Source: Escherichia coli
Lineage (GTDB): Bacteria; Pseudomonadota; Gammaproteobacteria; Enterobacterales; Enterobacteriaceae
DNA length: 64,000 nt
Assembly (NCBI RefSeq): GCF_003018115.1
Contig: NZ_CP027457.1
Direction: 5' to 3' (one strand)
Below, in pieces: positions 1-10,156 of the stretch. How positions within the stretch are numbered: the stretch's first letter is position 1; every line of letters starts with the position of its first letter. A program made the translations under genes and the position numbers. The notes under the pieces were generated by a model. That model was not told the origin of the DNA, ran no database searches, and worked only from the letters and a program-made list of their open reading frames with translations.

Positions 1-355
1 CATCCACCGTACCGTTCGGGAAGCGGATTTTGTAGGCCCGGGTCTCACTGCTGTCAAACCAGGCAATCAAATCGCGCTGCCCTTTCTCGCCCGGCTTCCA
101 GGCCAGCGTAAAACTGGTGTCACCGGCAGATTTCTGCCCCTGCCCGGTGGATACCCAGTCAGCATCCTCATCATCCAGATAGTTATCATCGTAGGATTCC
201 GCCGTCATCTCGCCGGGGGTCAGATCCTTCACCTTCGCCAGTCGCTGCCAGTCATCGTCTGACAACGGTTTTGCATAAGCATCACCAGTGCCGGTGTACA
301 CCCACAGTGTGGTACCGGAACCTTTCACCGGCTCAAGAGGATTTGGTGTTGCCAT
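1..355 (-). CDS. V: Major tail protein V, N-terminal part (the gene runs off the window)
   Basis: My translation from the ATG at 355 gives [67 protein letters not shown]..., near-collinear with lambda gpV. It is absent from the ORF track because there is no stop codon in the window. Confidence 0.85.
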   Translation of the reverse strand, partial: MATPNPLEPVKGSGTTLWVYTGTGDAYAKPLSDDDWQRLAKVKDLTPGEMTAESYDDNYLDDEDADWVSTGQGQKSAGDTSFTLAWKPGEKGQRDLIAWFDSSETRAYKIRFPNGTVD

Positions 356-362
356 ATCGTCC

Positions 363-761
363 TCACATCTCGTAGGTAATTTTCCACAGGAGATCTGCCG
401 ATCCCCACATCATAAACTCATCATCCCGGCGGTAGTCATACCCCTGAAGATTCATTTTCAGCAGTAATGCACTGAGCCCTGGAACTGCCTCCAGCGCCGG
501 AAGTATTTTTTCTTCCATCCACATATCCAGTGCCGAGTCCGGTTCTTTTGCCCTGAGAAAAACCTCAATATGCAGTGTCGCCTCCCAGGTTCCCTCATCA
601 ACGAACTCGTCAGCAGCAGACGCATCAGTCAGGTAAACAGCAACAGCAGGCAGTTCCTGTTCATCAATAAAAACCGGGCGACCGTCAAACCAGCTCACCC
701 TCTCAGAAATATTTTCTTTCAGGGCAGACAGAACTGCCGCCCGTATTTCACGGTGTTTCAT
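363..761 (-). CDS. U: Minor tail protein U (tail terminator)
   Basis: 132 aa. [11 protein letters not shown]...GYDYRRDD...ITYEM is collinear with lambda gpU. Confidence 0.9.
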   Translation of the reverse strand: MKHREIRAAVLSALKENISERVSWFDGRPVFIDEQELPAVAVYLTDASAADEFVDEGTWEATLHIEVFLRAKEPDSALDMWMEEKILPALEAVPGLSALLLKMNLQGYDYRRDDEFMMWGSADLLWKITYEM

Positions 762-773
762 ACACCCTCCCAG

Positions 774-1403
774 TCATTTTCTTTTCAGCACCAGGCGTAA
801 CTGATGCGTCATGGCTTTCATCATCTGCGTCGGTAATTTTTCCCGGTACATCCGGTCCCGTTCACGTTCAAAGGTTTCTGCCAGCGGTCCGGCAGTCGGA
901 ATCTTCACCACTTCGATCGGCAGACGGTGGCGTTTCGGCCTCCCTTTGCTGTCAGCGCCGGTGGACGATGATGCCCACGGCATACGCTGCATCACATGCC
1001 AGCGTCCGTTAGCCAGCCGGGTGATAAAGGCGTCCGGGATCCGTCTTTTCCCCACAATCAGCACGCTGCCACCGCCTTTCGTGACCGAACGCTCGCCTTT
1101 CTTTCGTCGCTTTCTGCGGGAAAGCCGCACGCTGGCCGTCCCCAGTTTTATGGCGGGCAGATTACCGGTGTTGATGATGACCTTCGCATAAACCCTGTCT
1201 GCGCTGGCCCGTTGCAGGCGGATACGCTCACGGATGAGACGGCGCGGAACCGCCAGCTCCCTGGCAACCGAAGAGGCCGTTTTCGCGATGATGGACTCCG
1301 CCACACGGTTAAGTGTCGTGGCGGCAGCCCGGGGAACGGCACGGCGGTCAATTGCATCCAGATTTTTCATGGCCTGCGCCAGACCTTTTATTGCCATACT
1401 CAT
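774..1403 (-). CDS. Z: Minor tail protein Z
   Basis: MSMAIKGLAQAMKNL...RRKRRKKGERS..NGRWHVMQR..VVKIP matches lambda gpZ along its length. Confidence 0.9.
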   Translation of the reverse strand: MSMAIKGLAQAMKNLDAIDRRAVPRAAATTLNRVAESIIAKTASSVARELAVPRRLIRERIRLQRASADRVYAKVIINTGNLPAIKLGTASVRLSRRKRRKKGERSVTKGGGSVLIVGKRRIPDAFITRLANGRWHVMQRMPWASSSTGADSKGRPKRHRLPIEVVKIPTAGPLAETFERERDRMYREKLPTQMMKAMTHQLRLVLKRK

Positions 1404-1681
1404 TCCTGTTCGACAAAAATCCGGGGTTTACCGTTGTACGTGTCATAACGGGTCACCGTCAGTGTGCGGCCCTCAAACACAACAACATCATGACGGGCCG
1501 GACGGTACCGGGCTGAAAACACCACCAGTGACAACTGGCTGCCCGAAAGCGCCCCCATCTCCGCGGACTCTTCCTCCGGCATCACGTCATACACGACGCC
1601 GTTAATCTCCGCCTGTTTGCCCATCACCCGAACGGTCGCCCCGTCCATCCGGCAACACATTCGCGTAAACAGGTCAGACAT
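1400..1681 (-). CDS. Head-tail connector/adaptor protein (gpFII position)
   Basis: 93 aa, 4-nt overlaps with both neighbours, located between the head genes and Z. Called by position, not by motif. Confidence 0.55.
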   Translation of the reverse strand: MSDLFTRMCCRMDGATVRVMGKQAEINGVVYDVMPEEESAEMGALSGSQLSLVVFSARYRPARHDVVVFEGRTLTVTRYDTYNGKPRIFVEQE

Positions 1682-2000
1682 TGATTTTTACCGCCACAGT
1701 GGCGCTGTTTGCAGGAGCATTTTCCCAGGCTACCCCCGCGGCCACCGCACCGTCTGCAGCCAGCTGCACAACCCCGTCCTTCAGATAAACCACCGCGCCG
1801 GACTGAATGTCGTCAGCAGACTGTTTGGGCAGCAGGAACACGCCTTCGGCAAAACCGTCACCGGCCTCACCGGCAGGAATATCGGTAATGGCCACGGCCA
1901 CCATACTGCCGACCACCACCGCAGCACCGCTCAGGATGGTCTGATCTCCGGCATTCACCAGTTCAATGGTGGTACCGTCCTGTACAAAATTTTTCGCCAT
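1674..2000 (-). CDS. DUF2190-like small capsid-associated protein
   Basis: MAKNFVQDGTTIELVN...GVFLLPK pattern recalled for DUF2190 head proteins. Lies directly downstream of the capsid gene. Confidence 0.6.
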   Translation of the reverse strand: MAKNFVQDGTTIELVNAGDQTILSGAAVVVGSMVAVAITDIPAGEAGDGFAEGVFLLPKQSADDIQSGAVVYLKDGVVQLAADGAVAAGVAWENAPANSATVAVKINV

Positions 2001-2087
2001 AATGCTGTTTCTCCGGACAGCCCCAGTGGGGCTGTTTTTCAGGCATAAAAAAAGCCCTTTCGGGCAGTGATTGTGATAACGCGGTTA

Positions 2088-4067
2088 TCAGGCCACCGAC
2101 GAACGCACCAGTCCGCGCCAGTCAAGCGGTGCCACACCGGCATCAATACGAATTTTTGTGGCAATGCCGTCAGTGGTGAAACCTTCCTGCTGATCAATGT
2201 ATGGCGTGTCCACGCCATCCAGCCAGGCCACTTCAATGGTGTCAGTGCCCTGTGCCGCCGCCAGATACCAGGTTTTCGGATCTGCCGCATCAAGACGCGC
2301 TTCTGCAATCACCTCAGCAAAGTTCTGGATGGGGTTAATGACACCGGCGTTTGCATCCGCCCCTTTCACACTGGCCGATTTGATGGTCTGGTTCGCCACC
2401 GTCTCCAGTGCCACCGGTACCAGCATAAAGGCCGGACGGATATTCAGGGCGCGATCGCCTTCTTTCTGCAGGCGCATCATCTGACGGGCCGCATCCAGTC
2501 CGGAAACGGAGATCCCCCCGGTGGCAATATTTTTGTGATCGGCATGGAACAGCGCCTTACCGTCGGACAGTTTCGGGTTATCCGTCAGCACCTTGTAGAC
2601 CAGGTCACCAATCGTTGCCTTCGCCGCACGCCCCATCTTCATCGGCACGTCCACCAGCATATTCAGATCATCATTGATAATGGCCTGGCGGGTGATGGAG
2701 AAAATCTCCCCGTAAGTGGCCAGTGCAATGGTCTCCTTGCGATCTGAGGTGGTGATGTATTTATACTCCGCCCCCTCACGAACCTGGCGCAGAGAACCAA
2801 AACCGCCCATCCCCACGCGATACGCTGTTTTGAAGTCTGACAGGCGTCCCTTACGGGTCCACTTCTGGAAGGTTTCTTCTGATTCCTCCCAGCCCTGGAT
2901 CAGCCCCTTGTTCGACACATCCAGCAGGATATTGCCAAAATCAGAGGTGCTGTGCGTCAGCGCCAGCCCGACCATCTGCATGGGGTTATAACTGGCCACC
3001 CCAATACCGCGCTCCGTCAGTGACATACGAGCCCATTCACGCAGGGTCATCCCGTTATAGGCGTTATCCTTCTCGACATTTTCAAATCCGGCACGGGCCA
3101 GCATCGCCTGGCGGATTCCGTCCCCCACAAAATTGCCGTTTCCGGCATAAATATGAGCCGGTGTATTTTTGTTGGTCGGCGAGGACTCCTTGCCCATTTC
3201 ATTCAGCAGACGTTCACGGGCCATTTCCAGCGAACAGTCAGGATCAGCCACGCACTGTGCCTGAAGCGTCTGATAGCGACCGCCGAACATGGCAAACAGA
3301 TCGTTAATGCCTGACATGCGGGCTTTCTGTTCTGCCATAACGCGGGCGCGAATGGTCGCCTCATCAGACACTGCCGGTACCGGTGATGGTTCTGTTACCG
3401 CCGGTGCAGGGATTGTCACTGTGGTATCACGCGGGGCACTGTTGCGTGGCGGAGTAATCATGTTTCGGATGGATTCCGGCATCTTTTTAAATTCCTCTGT
3501 ACGTTTTGACTGAATACATGCCATTGCCTCAACAGCGGGTGTCACCTGGTCAGCAAATCCGTGTGCCAGACATTCGGCACCGGACATCCAGGTTTCATCC
3601 GCCAGCATGGCGGCAATTTCATCGGTGGTTTTTCCGGTTTTCTGCGCATAGGCTGGCAACAGTACCGATTCGACTTTATCCAGCAAATCGGCATAACTGC
3701 GCATATCCTCAGCATCCCCGCCACTGAATCCCCATGGCTTATGGATCATCATGAAGGCATTTTCCGGCATAATGACCGTATCACCGGCCATCGCAATCAC
3801 AGATGCCATCGAGGCGGCAACGCCATCCACATACACGGTAATGGTCGCCCCCTGATTTTTCAGGGCATTAAAAATGGCGATGCCTTCAAAGACATCGCCA
3901 CCCGGTGAATTGATATGGAGATTAATGTGGGTGATATCACCCAGTGCATTCAGTTCGCTGACAAACTGCTTCGCGGTAACTCCCCAGAAACCAATCTCGT
4001 CATAAATATAAATATCCGCCTCACCCTGACTACCCGCCAGCATCCTGAACCAGGATTTATTCTTCAT
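2088..4067 (-). CDS. Prohead protease (ClpP/S49-like) fused to a Mu gpT-like major capsid protein
   Basis: N-terminal INSPGGDVFEGIAIFNAL...VDGVAASMASVIAMAG is a ClpP-type fold motif. The C-terminal ~300 aa resemble the gpT major head family. I chose the start at MKNKSWF (4067), which overlaps the portal stop by 11 nt. The ORF-track start at 4259 is an upstream extension. Confidence 0.8.
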   Translation of the reverse strand: MKNKSWFRMLAGSQGEADIYIYDEIGFWGVTAKQFVSELNALGDITHINLHINSPGGDVFEGIAIFNALKNQGATITVYVDGVAASMASVIAMAGDTVIMPENAFMMIHKPWGFSGGDAEDMRSYADLLDKVESVLLPAYAQKTGKTTDEIAAMLADETWMSGAECLAHGFADQVTPAVEAMACIQSKRTEEFKKMPESIRNMITPPRNSAPRDTTVTIPAPAVTEPSPVPAVSDEATIRARVMAEQKARMSGINDLFAMFGGRYQTLQAQCVADPDCSLEMARERLLNEMGKESSPTNKNTPAHIYAGNGNFVGDGIRQAMLARAGFENVEKDNAYNGMTLREWARMSLTERGIGVASYNPMQMVGLALTHSTSDFGNILLDVSNKGLIQGWEESEETFQKWTRKGRLSDFKTAYRVGMGGFGSLRQVREGAEYKYITTSDRKETIALATYGEIFSITRQAIINDDLNMLVDVPMKMGRAAKATIGDLVYKVLTDNPKLSDGKALFHADHKNIATGGISVSGLDAARQMMRLQKEGDRALNIRPAFMLVPVALETVANQTIKSASVKGADANAGVINPIQNFAEVIAEARLDAADPKTWYLAAAQGTDTIEVAWLDGVDTPYIDQQEGFTTDGIATKIRIDAGVAPLDWRGLVRSSVA

Positions 4068-5559
4068 GCTGGCTGTCGGTGGCCTGCTGACGCTGTTGTT
4101 CAGTTCCGGCACTGTTGCCTCCTTTGTCGTTGACGGGGTCAGTATCAAAGACCAGCCCCAGTCTGCTGTTTTCATCAATTTCAGCCTTGCGGCGACGTTT
4201 GACCTCATCCGGATTGCGCCCACCAGCACGCACCCAGTCAGATTCTGTCGCTGCACCACCCCGGATCTGAATTCTCCAGGCTTCAGCTTCCTTAACCGGG
4301 TCGATCCACGGCATCACCGGACCGGAATACGTCGCGTTATATAGCGTTTTCATCTCCACATCCGCCGGAATTTTCAGCAGACCTGCCGCAACCACCATAT
4401 TCAGCCATGTCCGGTACACCGGGCGGGTTACCGCGCCAATAAAACAGTCCTGCAGGATCAGGTAACCATCCGTGGACTCGACCAGCTCCTGCCGCTGGGC
4501 GCTGTAGGTGCCGTTATAGTTACGCGCCGCACTGGAAAAACTCAGACGACTGCCTGCTGCCACTGCACGCAACTGGCCGTTGCGGAAAGTTTCAAGGTTG
4601 GGATTGGGACGGTCAGATTTGACCATGCCGATATCCTCGCCCTTGCGCAAATCGTCATAAATAATACCCGGGGTGATATGGACTTCCCGCTCGGTCTCTT
4701 TGCTCCCCGGATCTTCATAGTCCTGTCCGTCACCTTTACGGATATACAGTCCCAGCGCCGCAGCAATACGCGCCGCTGTCAGTTCCGCATCCTCATACTC
4801 CTTAAGGGCACTGATCCGCATCAGCACCCCCGATAACATGGATGAGCCTCGCGTCTGGTGCAGACGACGAGTGAACTTCAGGTGGATCATTTTTCCGGCA
4901 GCGATTTCTTTCGTATCACTCTGCCGGCCGCTGACCGGATAATTTTTATAAACCAGATATTTTTTCGGTCTTCCCCACTCATCAAGAAAAACCCCCTGAT
5001 TCAGCCCGGCGGATTCATCAGTGCGCATGGGAACAAAATCCGGCTCCATCGCCTCAAGCCAGAATGGCACTCCCGCCGTCCGTTCCAGACCGTTTCCCGC
5101 ACCACTGACCATCTGCGCAAACACTTCACCATCCCGCAGCCAGGTCCGCAGCAGTAAACGTTCAAGCACAGGACGGGTATACTGCCCTGTCACATCCGGA
5201 CTCACGGACCATTCAGCCCACAAACGGCGGATATCCGCAGCCAGCTCAGCCGCCATTTCCCCGTTTTTTCGTAATGGCTGAGGCTCCACAATAATTCCCC
5301 TGGCACCAATCACCCGCTCTTCCAGCTTGTCAAACACACCAATCACCAGGTCATGATTGATATCCAGAAAACGGGCCTGCTCCCGCAGGGAAACCGCACC
5401 GTATTTACTGAGCTGATCAGCAGAGCGATTTTCCCGCCGGGCTTTATGTGTCCGGGTCGGTTTCACCGCCTCATAGGCCATGATTAACGCCCTTGAACGC
5501 AGTCTGGCTGCTTTCCACCCGGGGGAAAACACGCCTATCACATCATCAATAATTGCCAT
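4057..5559 (-). CDS. Portal protein (lambda gpB family)
   Basis: 500 aa, placed between W and the protease as in lambda, with a lambda-portal-like sequence. Confidence 0.88.
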   Translation of the reverse strand: MAIIDDVIGVFSPGWKAARLRSRALIMAYEAVKPTRTHKARRENRSADQLSKYGAVSLREQARFLDINHDLVIGVFDKLEERVIGARGIIVEPQPLRKNGEMAAELAADIRRLWAEWSVSPDVTGQYTRPVLERLLLRTWLRDGEVFAQMVSGAGNGLERTAGVPFWLEAMEPDFVPMRTDESAGLNQGVFLDEWGRPKKYLVYKNYPVSGRQSDTKEIAAGKMIHLKFTRRLHQTRGSSMLSGVLMRISALKEYEDAELTAARIAAALGLYIRKGDGQDYEDPGSKETEREVHITPGIIYDDLRKGEDIGMVKSDRPNPNLETFRNGQLRAVAAGSRLSFSSAARNYNGTYSAQRQELVESTDGYLILQDCFIGAVTRPVYRTWLNMVVAAGLLKIPADVEMKTLYNATYSGPVMPWIDPVKEAEAWRIQIRGGAATESDWVRAGGRNPDEVKRRRKAEIDENSRLGLVFDTDPVNDKGGNSAGTEQQRQQATDSQHEE

Positions 5560-5795
5560 TAAAACCTCGCCAGTTTAAATCCCGGTTTTCCCCGCCTGCG
5601 GCTCACCATCGCGGCAAGCCTGCGTTCCCACTCCTGACGTCCGGCGCGGATCTGAGAAAGGCTTTCCAGCGTCAGTTGCTGTCCGTTGAAGGTGACAGAC
5701 TTCCCCTCCAGTACGGTCATTTCCGCTTCACGGTACCGCTGTATCATTTCTCTGGCTTCTTCTGTGCTCACAACCAGCCTCCTGATGTTATCCAT
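5559..5795 (-). CDS. W: Head-tail joining protein W-like
   Basis: The C-terminal ...RRRGKPGFKLARF resembles the lambda gpW tail (..RRRGPAGFYV). Lies between terminase and portal. Exact start uncertain. Confidence 0.65.
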   Translation of the reverse strand: MDNIRRLVVSTEEAREMIQRYREAEMTVLEGKSVTFNGQQLTLESLSQIRAGRQEWERRLAAMVSRRRGKPGFKLARF

Positions 5796-7891
5796 GGATT
5801 ATCTTCCGCACGCTCCGTCCGCAGTTTTTTCTTCCGGCGACGGCGTTTTTCTGCCCCGGCCATCAGTTCCGGGGATACCGTTTCACCAGAACGCTCCTGC
5901 GGGAAGACGAGCCACGTTTCCCGCTGTGCCCAGTCCGGTGCGGAGGGCCAGCGGATCTTTTCGTAACCATGCAGAACGGCAAGCGCATCCGCATAAACCA
6001 GCAGGTCAAACGCCTCGTTAGCGCCCCTGCCCGGTTTTCGCCATTTTCCGTCACTGCCGCGCTCTTCATAGGTCAGCTCATCGTAAAACCACCGCCCCAG
6101 CCAGTCGGGAAAGTGGATATAGTTCGGCCCTGGTGTGTCACGCCACAGGGCATTATTTACACGGTCCTTAAACGCATCCGTCTGAACCAGCCACAGCGCG
6201 ACATCGCCACTGGCTCTGGCACGGCGGGCACTTCTGCCGGTATTATCCGGGAAGGTACGGTTAATCAGCCTGTCACGGCGAAGACCATCCCCCTTGAACA
6301 GAAACACCCTGTTGCCCAGTCCGTCACTCCGGCAACGACGCCAGAAACGATAGGCGTTATCTGTCACCCCGGCTTCCCCTCCCGTATCCACCGCCATGGC
6401 CATCAGACGCATGCGCACATCCGGATCAGAAGCCAGCGGCCATGTTTTATGGAACACATCCGTCAGCAACAAATCCCAGTCCTCCGGATATGCCGCCGGA
6501 TCAACCGGCAGACTTTCACCGTTGGGACTGCAGCGCAGTGAATGCCGGATGTTGTAGCGATCAACAATCCAGCGTTCCCCCTGCTCTCCGTATCCGGTGA
6601 TCTGCACAACAAAACGGCGATTTTTACCGCCCTGTACGTCAACCGTTGCCTCAATAAAACGCACACCATCCGGCACAGATCGCCGGGGAAACGGCTCGGC
6701 ACGCTGTTCAAGCAGTTCACTTTTACGCTGTTCCGTGGCTGAACGGGGCAGATAGGGTCGTCCGATATCGGTGTTCACCACCGCTTTCAGGGTCTCTTCA
6801 CTGCCGGTTCGCTCATACTCTTCTTCTGCCGCCAGCAGCTTAAAAATCAGTTGTTCCCAGGTCTGAAACGCCGCAGCCGGCCCCTCCATCCAGAAACTTG
6901 CTATTCTGGAATTTCGAGGGGTCCCGGTGATACTGCCATCCGCCGCTGCCCGTTCGCCTTCCCGCAGCCAGATCCCCTGGTTATTCAGTTCACGCTTCTG
7001 TTCCGGAGCAATCAGGCCGCGGCAGTGCGGACACATCAGGCGGGCCGCCTGCCCGGCAGCCACAAAATCAGGGTTATTCCGGTAACCGGTCATGTTATCC
7101 ATCACCGGCTGAAAATATTCCCCGCAGTGCGGACACGGCCAGTACCACCGGCGGCGGTCTCCCCGGTTATACAGTGACAGGATCCCCGTTGTTGGCGGTG
7201 CCTCATGTGCGCCACCACAACGCCATTTGGTATCGGTGATATCCCGCCCGGGCGAACTTTCGACCAGGGTCATCCCCGAGGACATAAAGGTGGTGGTACG
7301 CTTTGAGGCCAGCGTGAAGGCATCCCCTTCACCGTCGACATTCTCAGGAAAACGGTCATAATCCGTCAGCGCCACACGACGGTAATCCGAAGAGGAAAAT
7401 ACGGTGATCGACGGCCAGCCAATTTTCAGGAATGAGCCGTCAAGAAACATTTTATCGTGGACGTTGTTGTCATTACGGGAAGGACTGAGGCGCTTGCTGA
7501 CCTCCGGACTGTGGCGAAACGTCCTGGAAAGACGCGTTCTGGAATGCTCACGCGCCTTCGTCTCAGTCATCTGCACCACCAGCATATCCGCCGGATCACA
7601 GATGATGCCGTACACAATCCAGCCGTCAATCAGCCCTTCGGTTTTCCCGGTTCGCGCAGGTCCCACAAACACCACCGCGTCATATTCACGGGCTGATAAT
7701 GTATTAATGGGGTCAATCATATAGGGCGTCAGTGATGACTCCCACGGACCGGAAGTATTGGCTCCCCGTGGTACCCGCATATAACGCCTGATGGCTTCCG
7801 CTACTGGTAACCGGCTGGGTGGGCGAAACAGCGAGGCCACTTCGCGCCAGATATCGGATGCGCGGCTATGGCTCTCGTTCACCTGATTCAC
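5768..7891 (-). CDS. Terminase large subunit (gpA family)
   Basis: 707 aa with a Walker-A-like VFVGPARTGKTE and a CPHCG...CPHC zinc motif typical of lambda gpA. Confidence 0.92.
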   Translation of the reverse strand: MNQVNESHSRASDIWREVASLFRPPSRLPVAEAIRRYMRVPRGANTSGPWESSLTPYMIDPINTLSAREYDAVVFVGPARTGKTEGLIDGWIVYGIICDPADMLVVQMTETKAREHSRTRLSRTFRHSPEVSKRLSPSRNDNNVHDKMFLDGSFLKIGWPSITVFSSSDYRRVALTDYDRFPENVDGEGDAFTLASKRTTTFMSSGMTLVESSPGRDITDTKWRCGGAHEAPPTTGILSLYNRGDRRRWYWPCPHCGEYFQPVMDNMTGYRNNPDFVAAGQAARLMCPHCRGLIAPEQKRELNNQGIWLREGERAAADGSITGTPRNSRIASFWMEGPAAAFQTWEQLIFKLLAAEEEYERTGSEETLKAVVNTDIGRPYLPRSATEQRKSELLEQRAEPFPRRSVPDGVRFIEATVDVQGGKNRRFVVQITGYGEQGERWIVDRYNIRHSLRCSPNGESLPVDPAAYPEDWDLLLTDVFHKTWPLASDPDVRMRLMAMAVDTGGEAGVTDNAYRFWRRCRSDGLGNRVFLFKGDGLRRDRLINRTFPDNTGRSARRARASGDVALWLVQTDAFKDRVNNALWRDTPGPNYIHFPDWLGRWFYDELTYEERGSDGKWRKPGRGANEAFDLLVYADALAVLHGYEKIRWPSAPDWAQRETWLVFPQERSGETVSPELMAGAEKRRRRKKKLRTERAEDNPWITSGGWL

Positions 7892-8364
7892 ATATCGGCC
7901 TCATCACAACAGTCAATGACTGCCTTTTCCAGTGTGTCGCGGATCTCATCAACCACAATCTGTACTTCATTCAGTTGTGATGCGGTCCACCCCCTGTCCC
8001 TCTCCAGCCGGTCAGGCCAGGTTTCCAGTACCTGAACTATCGCTTTCACCACGACAGAAAAGGACCGCCTGACATCACTGACTGGCACAAGCTGAACAGT
8101 TTCATGCTGAAATTTAAGACGCTCGCGCTCGGACTGATACCATGCCTTCCGATCATGTGGGTTCATCTCTTCATCTTCGGAAGCCGGTGGTTTTTCCAGC
8201 AACGAAATAATCAAATCCGTCAGGAGATACAGTTTTTTCTTTTCATTACTGCCTGGTGCAAGAGGAACATCCGCCATTCTGGCGGCAACAGTCTGCCGGT
8301 GCAGACCTGAAAGGGCTGCCAGTTGATTAATATTTAACTTCATATTTTTCAGCTCGCCGTCCAT
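7888..8364 (-). CDS. Terminase small subunit (Nu1-like, N-terminal HTH)
   Basis: 158 aa, overlaps the gpA start by 4 nt. LNINQLAALSGLHRQTV is an HTH. SD GGAGGG lies 6 nt upstream of the ATG at 8364. Confidence 0.8.
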   Translation of the reverse strand: MDGELKNMKLNINQLAALSGLHRQTVAARMADVPLAPGSNEKKKLYLLTDLIISLLEKPPASEDEEMNPHDRKAWYQSERERLKFQHETVQLVPVSDVRRSFSVVVKAIVQVLETWPDRLERDRGWTASQLNEVQIVVDEIRDTLEKAVIDCCDEADM

Positions 8365-8399
8365 TCACATCCCTCCACATAAACCGCTGAACAAAAGTG

Positions 8400-8580
8400 G
8401 CTCTTTTTTTTGTAAAGAAATGCCGCCATATAAAGATGTCGAACAAAAATCAACCACAACCATCATCTTTTTAATGCTAAACACATTAAAAACAACAAGT
8501 TACACTAATGATGATGATGACGATAAAATCACAAAAATGCGCCTTTTTCCGCGCCGCCCGCCCCGTGTTCAGGCCCACCC
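8400..8580 (-). other. Candidate cos region (cosN-like GC block plus an AT-rich cosB-like segment)
   Basis: The minus strand reads GGGGCGGGCGGCGCGGAAAAAGG at ~8548-8570. This resembles lambda cosN GGGCGGCGACCT and sits just upstream of the small-terminase gene. Confidence 0.4.
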
Positions 8581-8814
8581 CACCAGGAGGACCCGCAAAA
8601 TGATAATGGTTATCATTTGTAATGTAGTCCGGTTTCTTCCACCATCGCACCGGACCAGCGACTATGAGGGGACAACGCCGCGCTCCGTTAACGCGGTAAA
8701 CCCCGGTGTGTATCGTTTTTGATTATCCCCGCACACTCGCGCAGAGGAGTCTCCCGGTCGGGCTGCGGTCTCTGTTAATGCAGGAATACGGCGACGATAC
8801 GGCGCATAGTTATG

Positions 8815-9360
8815 TCAGGCTGAAATGCCTTTATCAAATCCGGGTAACGCAATCTGCCCCTGCTGCTCCAGCCTGTCCAGCCTTGCCAGCAACTGAGGCT
8901 TCTTCACCCTGCCCCAGCGATTGAGCAAGCGACCTGACATACTGGCGACATCTTTCTCTTTCATGTATTCCAGCATGACTGCATTTCTCTCAGCTTCCAG
9001 GTGTGTTTTTCCCTGCATGATAAGTTCTGCCATCCAGTTGAAAGCCTGGATGTACGTAACCTTTATTTGCATCGCAGTCTTACCAGTAAACCCCATAACG
9101 ACCAGCATGTAACCGTCTTTCGTCATGTTAAACATTGGCTGGACATCACCATTTTTATCAATAAAATCAGTAGGCTCAAAATTGAGCCGGGCAAAATCAT
9201 CAGGACATTCAGAAATGGTTTGCCTGATCTTTCTTAATACGTTCTTATGACTCTTACCAAAAAATTCCGCCACTTTAATACTCGTGGTCAGGACAGAGCC
9301 TCCCACTACCATAACCATGTCACGAAAATCAATGCCGTTAACAACGGTAGAATATTTCAT
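8815..9360 (-). CDS. rha: Phage regulatory protein Rha family
   Basis: LTTSIKVAEFFGKSHKNVLRKIR...MFNMTKDGYMLVVMGFTGKTAMQIK is the Rha domain signature as I recall it. The start is taken at MKYSTVV. The ORF track extends to 9429. Confidence 0.75.
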   Translation of the reverse strand: MKYSTVVNGIDFRDMVMVVGGSVLTTSIKVAEFFGKSHKNVLRKIRQTISECPDDFARLNFEPTDFIDKNGDVQPMFNMTKDGYMLVVMGFTGKTAMQIKVTYIQAFNWMAELIMQGKTHLEAERNAVMLEYMKEKDVASMSGRLLNRWGRVKKPQLLARLDRLEQQGQIALPGFDKGISA

Positions 9361-9540
9361 AGCGTGTACCTGCTCTTTGAAATGAACCTTTGCCGCACAG
9401 GAAACCAGCCCACCGAGGCTCGCCAGCACTAACTGGTATCCTCAAAGGCTCATTCCAAAGGGGCAGGTTCGGTGGTTATCATGCGCTGCGGTGCGCGGTG
9501 AAATTCAGATATGAAAAAGCCAGCGATTAAGCAGGCTCTG

Positions 9541-10014
9541 TTAATTCAGGCACTGAGTGCGGATATATTCCTGAAGCGTTCTCAATGCGGCCTGATCGCT
9601 GATGATTCCGTCTCTGATACCGAGAACGTTTCGTCCAGCAACTGGAGAGAGTTCGACGGAGGCATCATTGCCCACGCCGGAGGTGGTGGGGGCTTCACGC
9701 ACGGAGCCTGGACAGGTGGCGTTGATCCGCAGGCGCTTACGACCAGCGGCAACATCAGCACGCAGAGTTTCATTTTCAGCTCTCGCATCGGCTAATTCCC
9801 TCGAGTATTTTGCATCGAGCGCAGCAACATCGCGCTGGCGCACCTGCATATCAGTAATGGTTGCGTTTGCCTGCTCCAGCTCTCTGGCTTTTTTATCGCG
9901 CTGCGCTTTGTAGGTGATGGCGTTATCGCGGTAATGATTCAGCCCCAGACTAAGCGCACCACAGACCACCAGCAGAATAACGGTAAACGCGGAAAGCATT
10001 CGGTTTATGCTCAC
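9541..10014 (-). CDS. Rz: i-spanin Rz
   Basis: 157 aa with an N-terminal TM segment, a coiled-coil periplasmic part and ...[14 protein letters not shown]. Rz1 is embedded in the +1 frame. Confidence 0.9.
   Translation of the reverse strand: MSINRMLSAFTVILLVVCGALSLGLNHYRDNAITYKAQRDKKARELEQANATITDMQVRQRDVAALDAKYSRELADARAENETLRADVAAGRKRLRINATCPGSVREAPTTSGVGNDASVELSPVAGRNVLGIRDGIISDQAALRTLQEYIRTQCLN
9582..9773 (-). CDS. Rz1: o-spanin Rz1 (lipoprotein), embedded in Rz
   Basis: [15 protein letters not shown] lipobox followed by a proline-rich mature part (PPPPPAW). Lies fully inside Rz in another frame. Confidence 0.85.
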   Translation of the reverse strand: MKLCVLMLPLVVSACGSTPPVQAPCVKPPPPPAWAMMPPSNSLQLLDETFSVSETESSAIRPH

Positions 10015-10142
10015 TCCAGCAGCCCCGACGAAGACAACATCATCCAGCCCATGGAAAGAAAAAGAGCAACCAGCATTAGTGAAAATGAAATGCCGACGAT
10101 TACACAGAGGATCTTCGCCAGCATTATGAGTTTGTCTGACAT
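10011..10142 (-). CDS. 43-aa single-pass membrane peptide (unknown)
   Basis: ATG at 10142 preceded by GGGAGGA 7 nt upstream. [43 protein letters not shown]. Its stop overlaps the Rz start. Confidence 0.55.
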   Translation of the reverse strand: MSDKLIMLAKILCVIVGISFSLMLVALFLSMGWMMLSSSGLLE

Positions 10143-10156
10143 GTTTAATCCTCCCT

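Noticed and set aside
8420-8722. A 100-aa plus-strand ORF in the rha-terminase intergenic region, including a (TGA)4-like microsatellite at 8507-8522 that encodes a DDDDD run.
   Set aside because: It lies across the cos-like region and has an AT-rich, low-complexity translation and no RBS. It is most likely non-coding.
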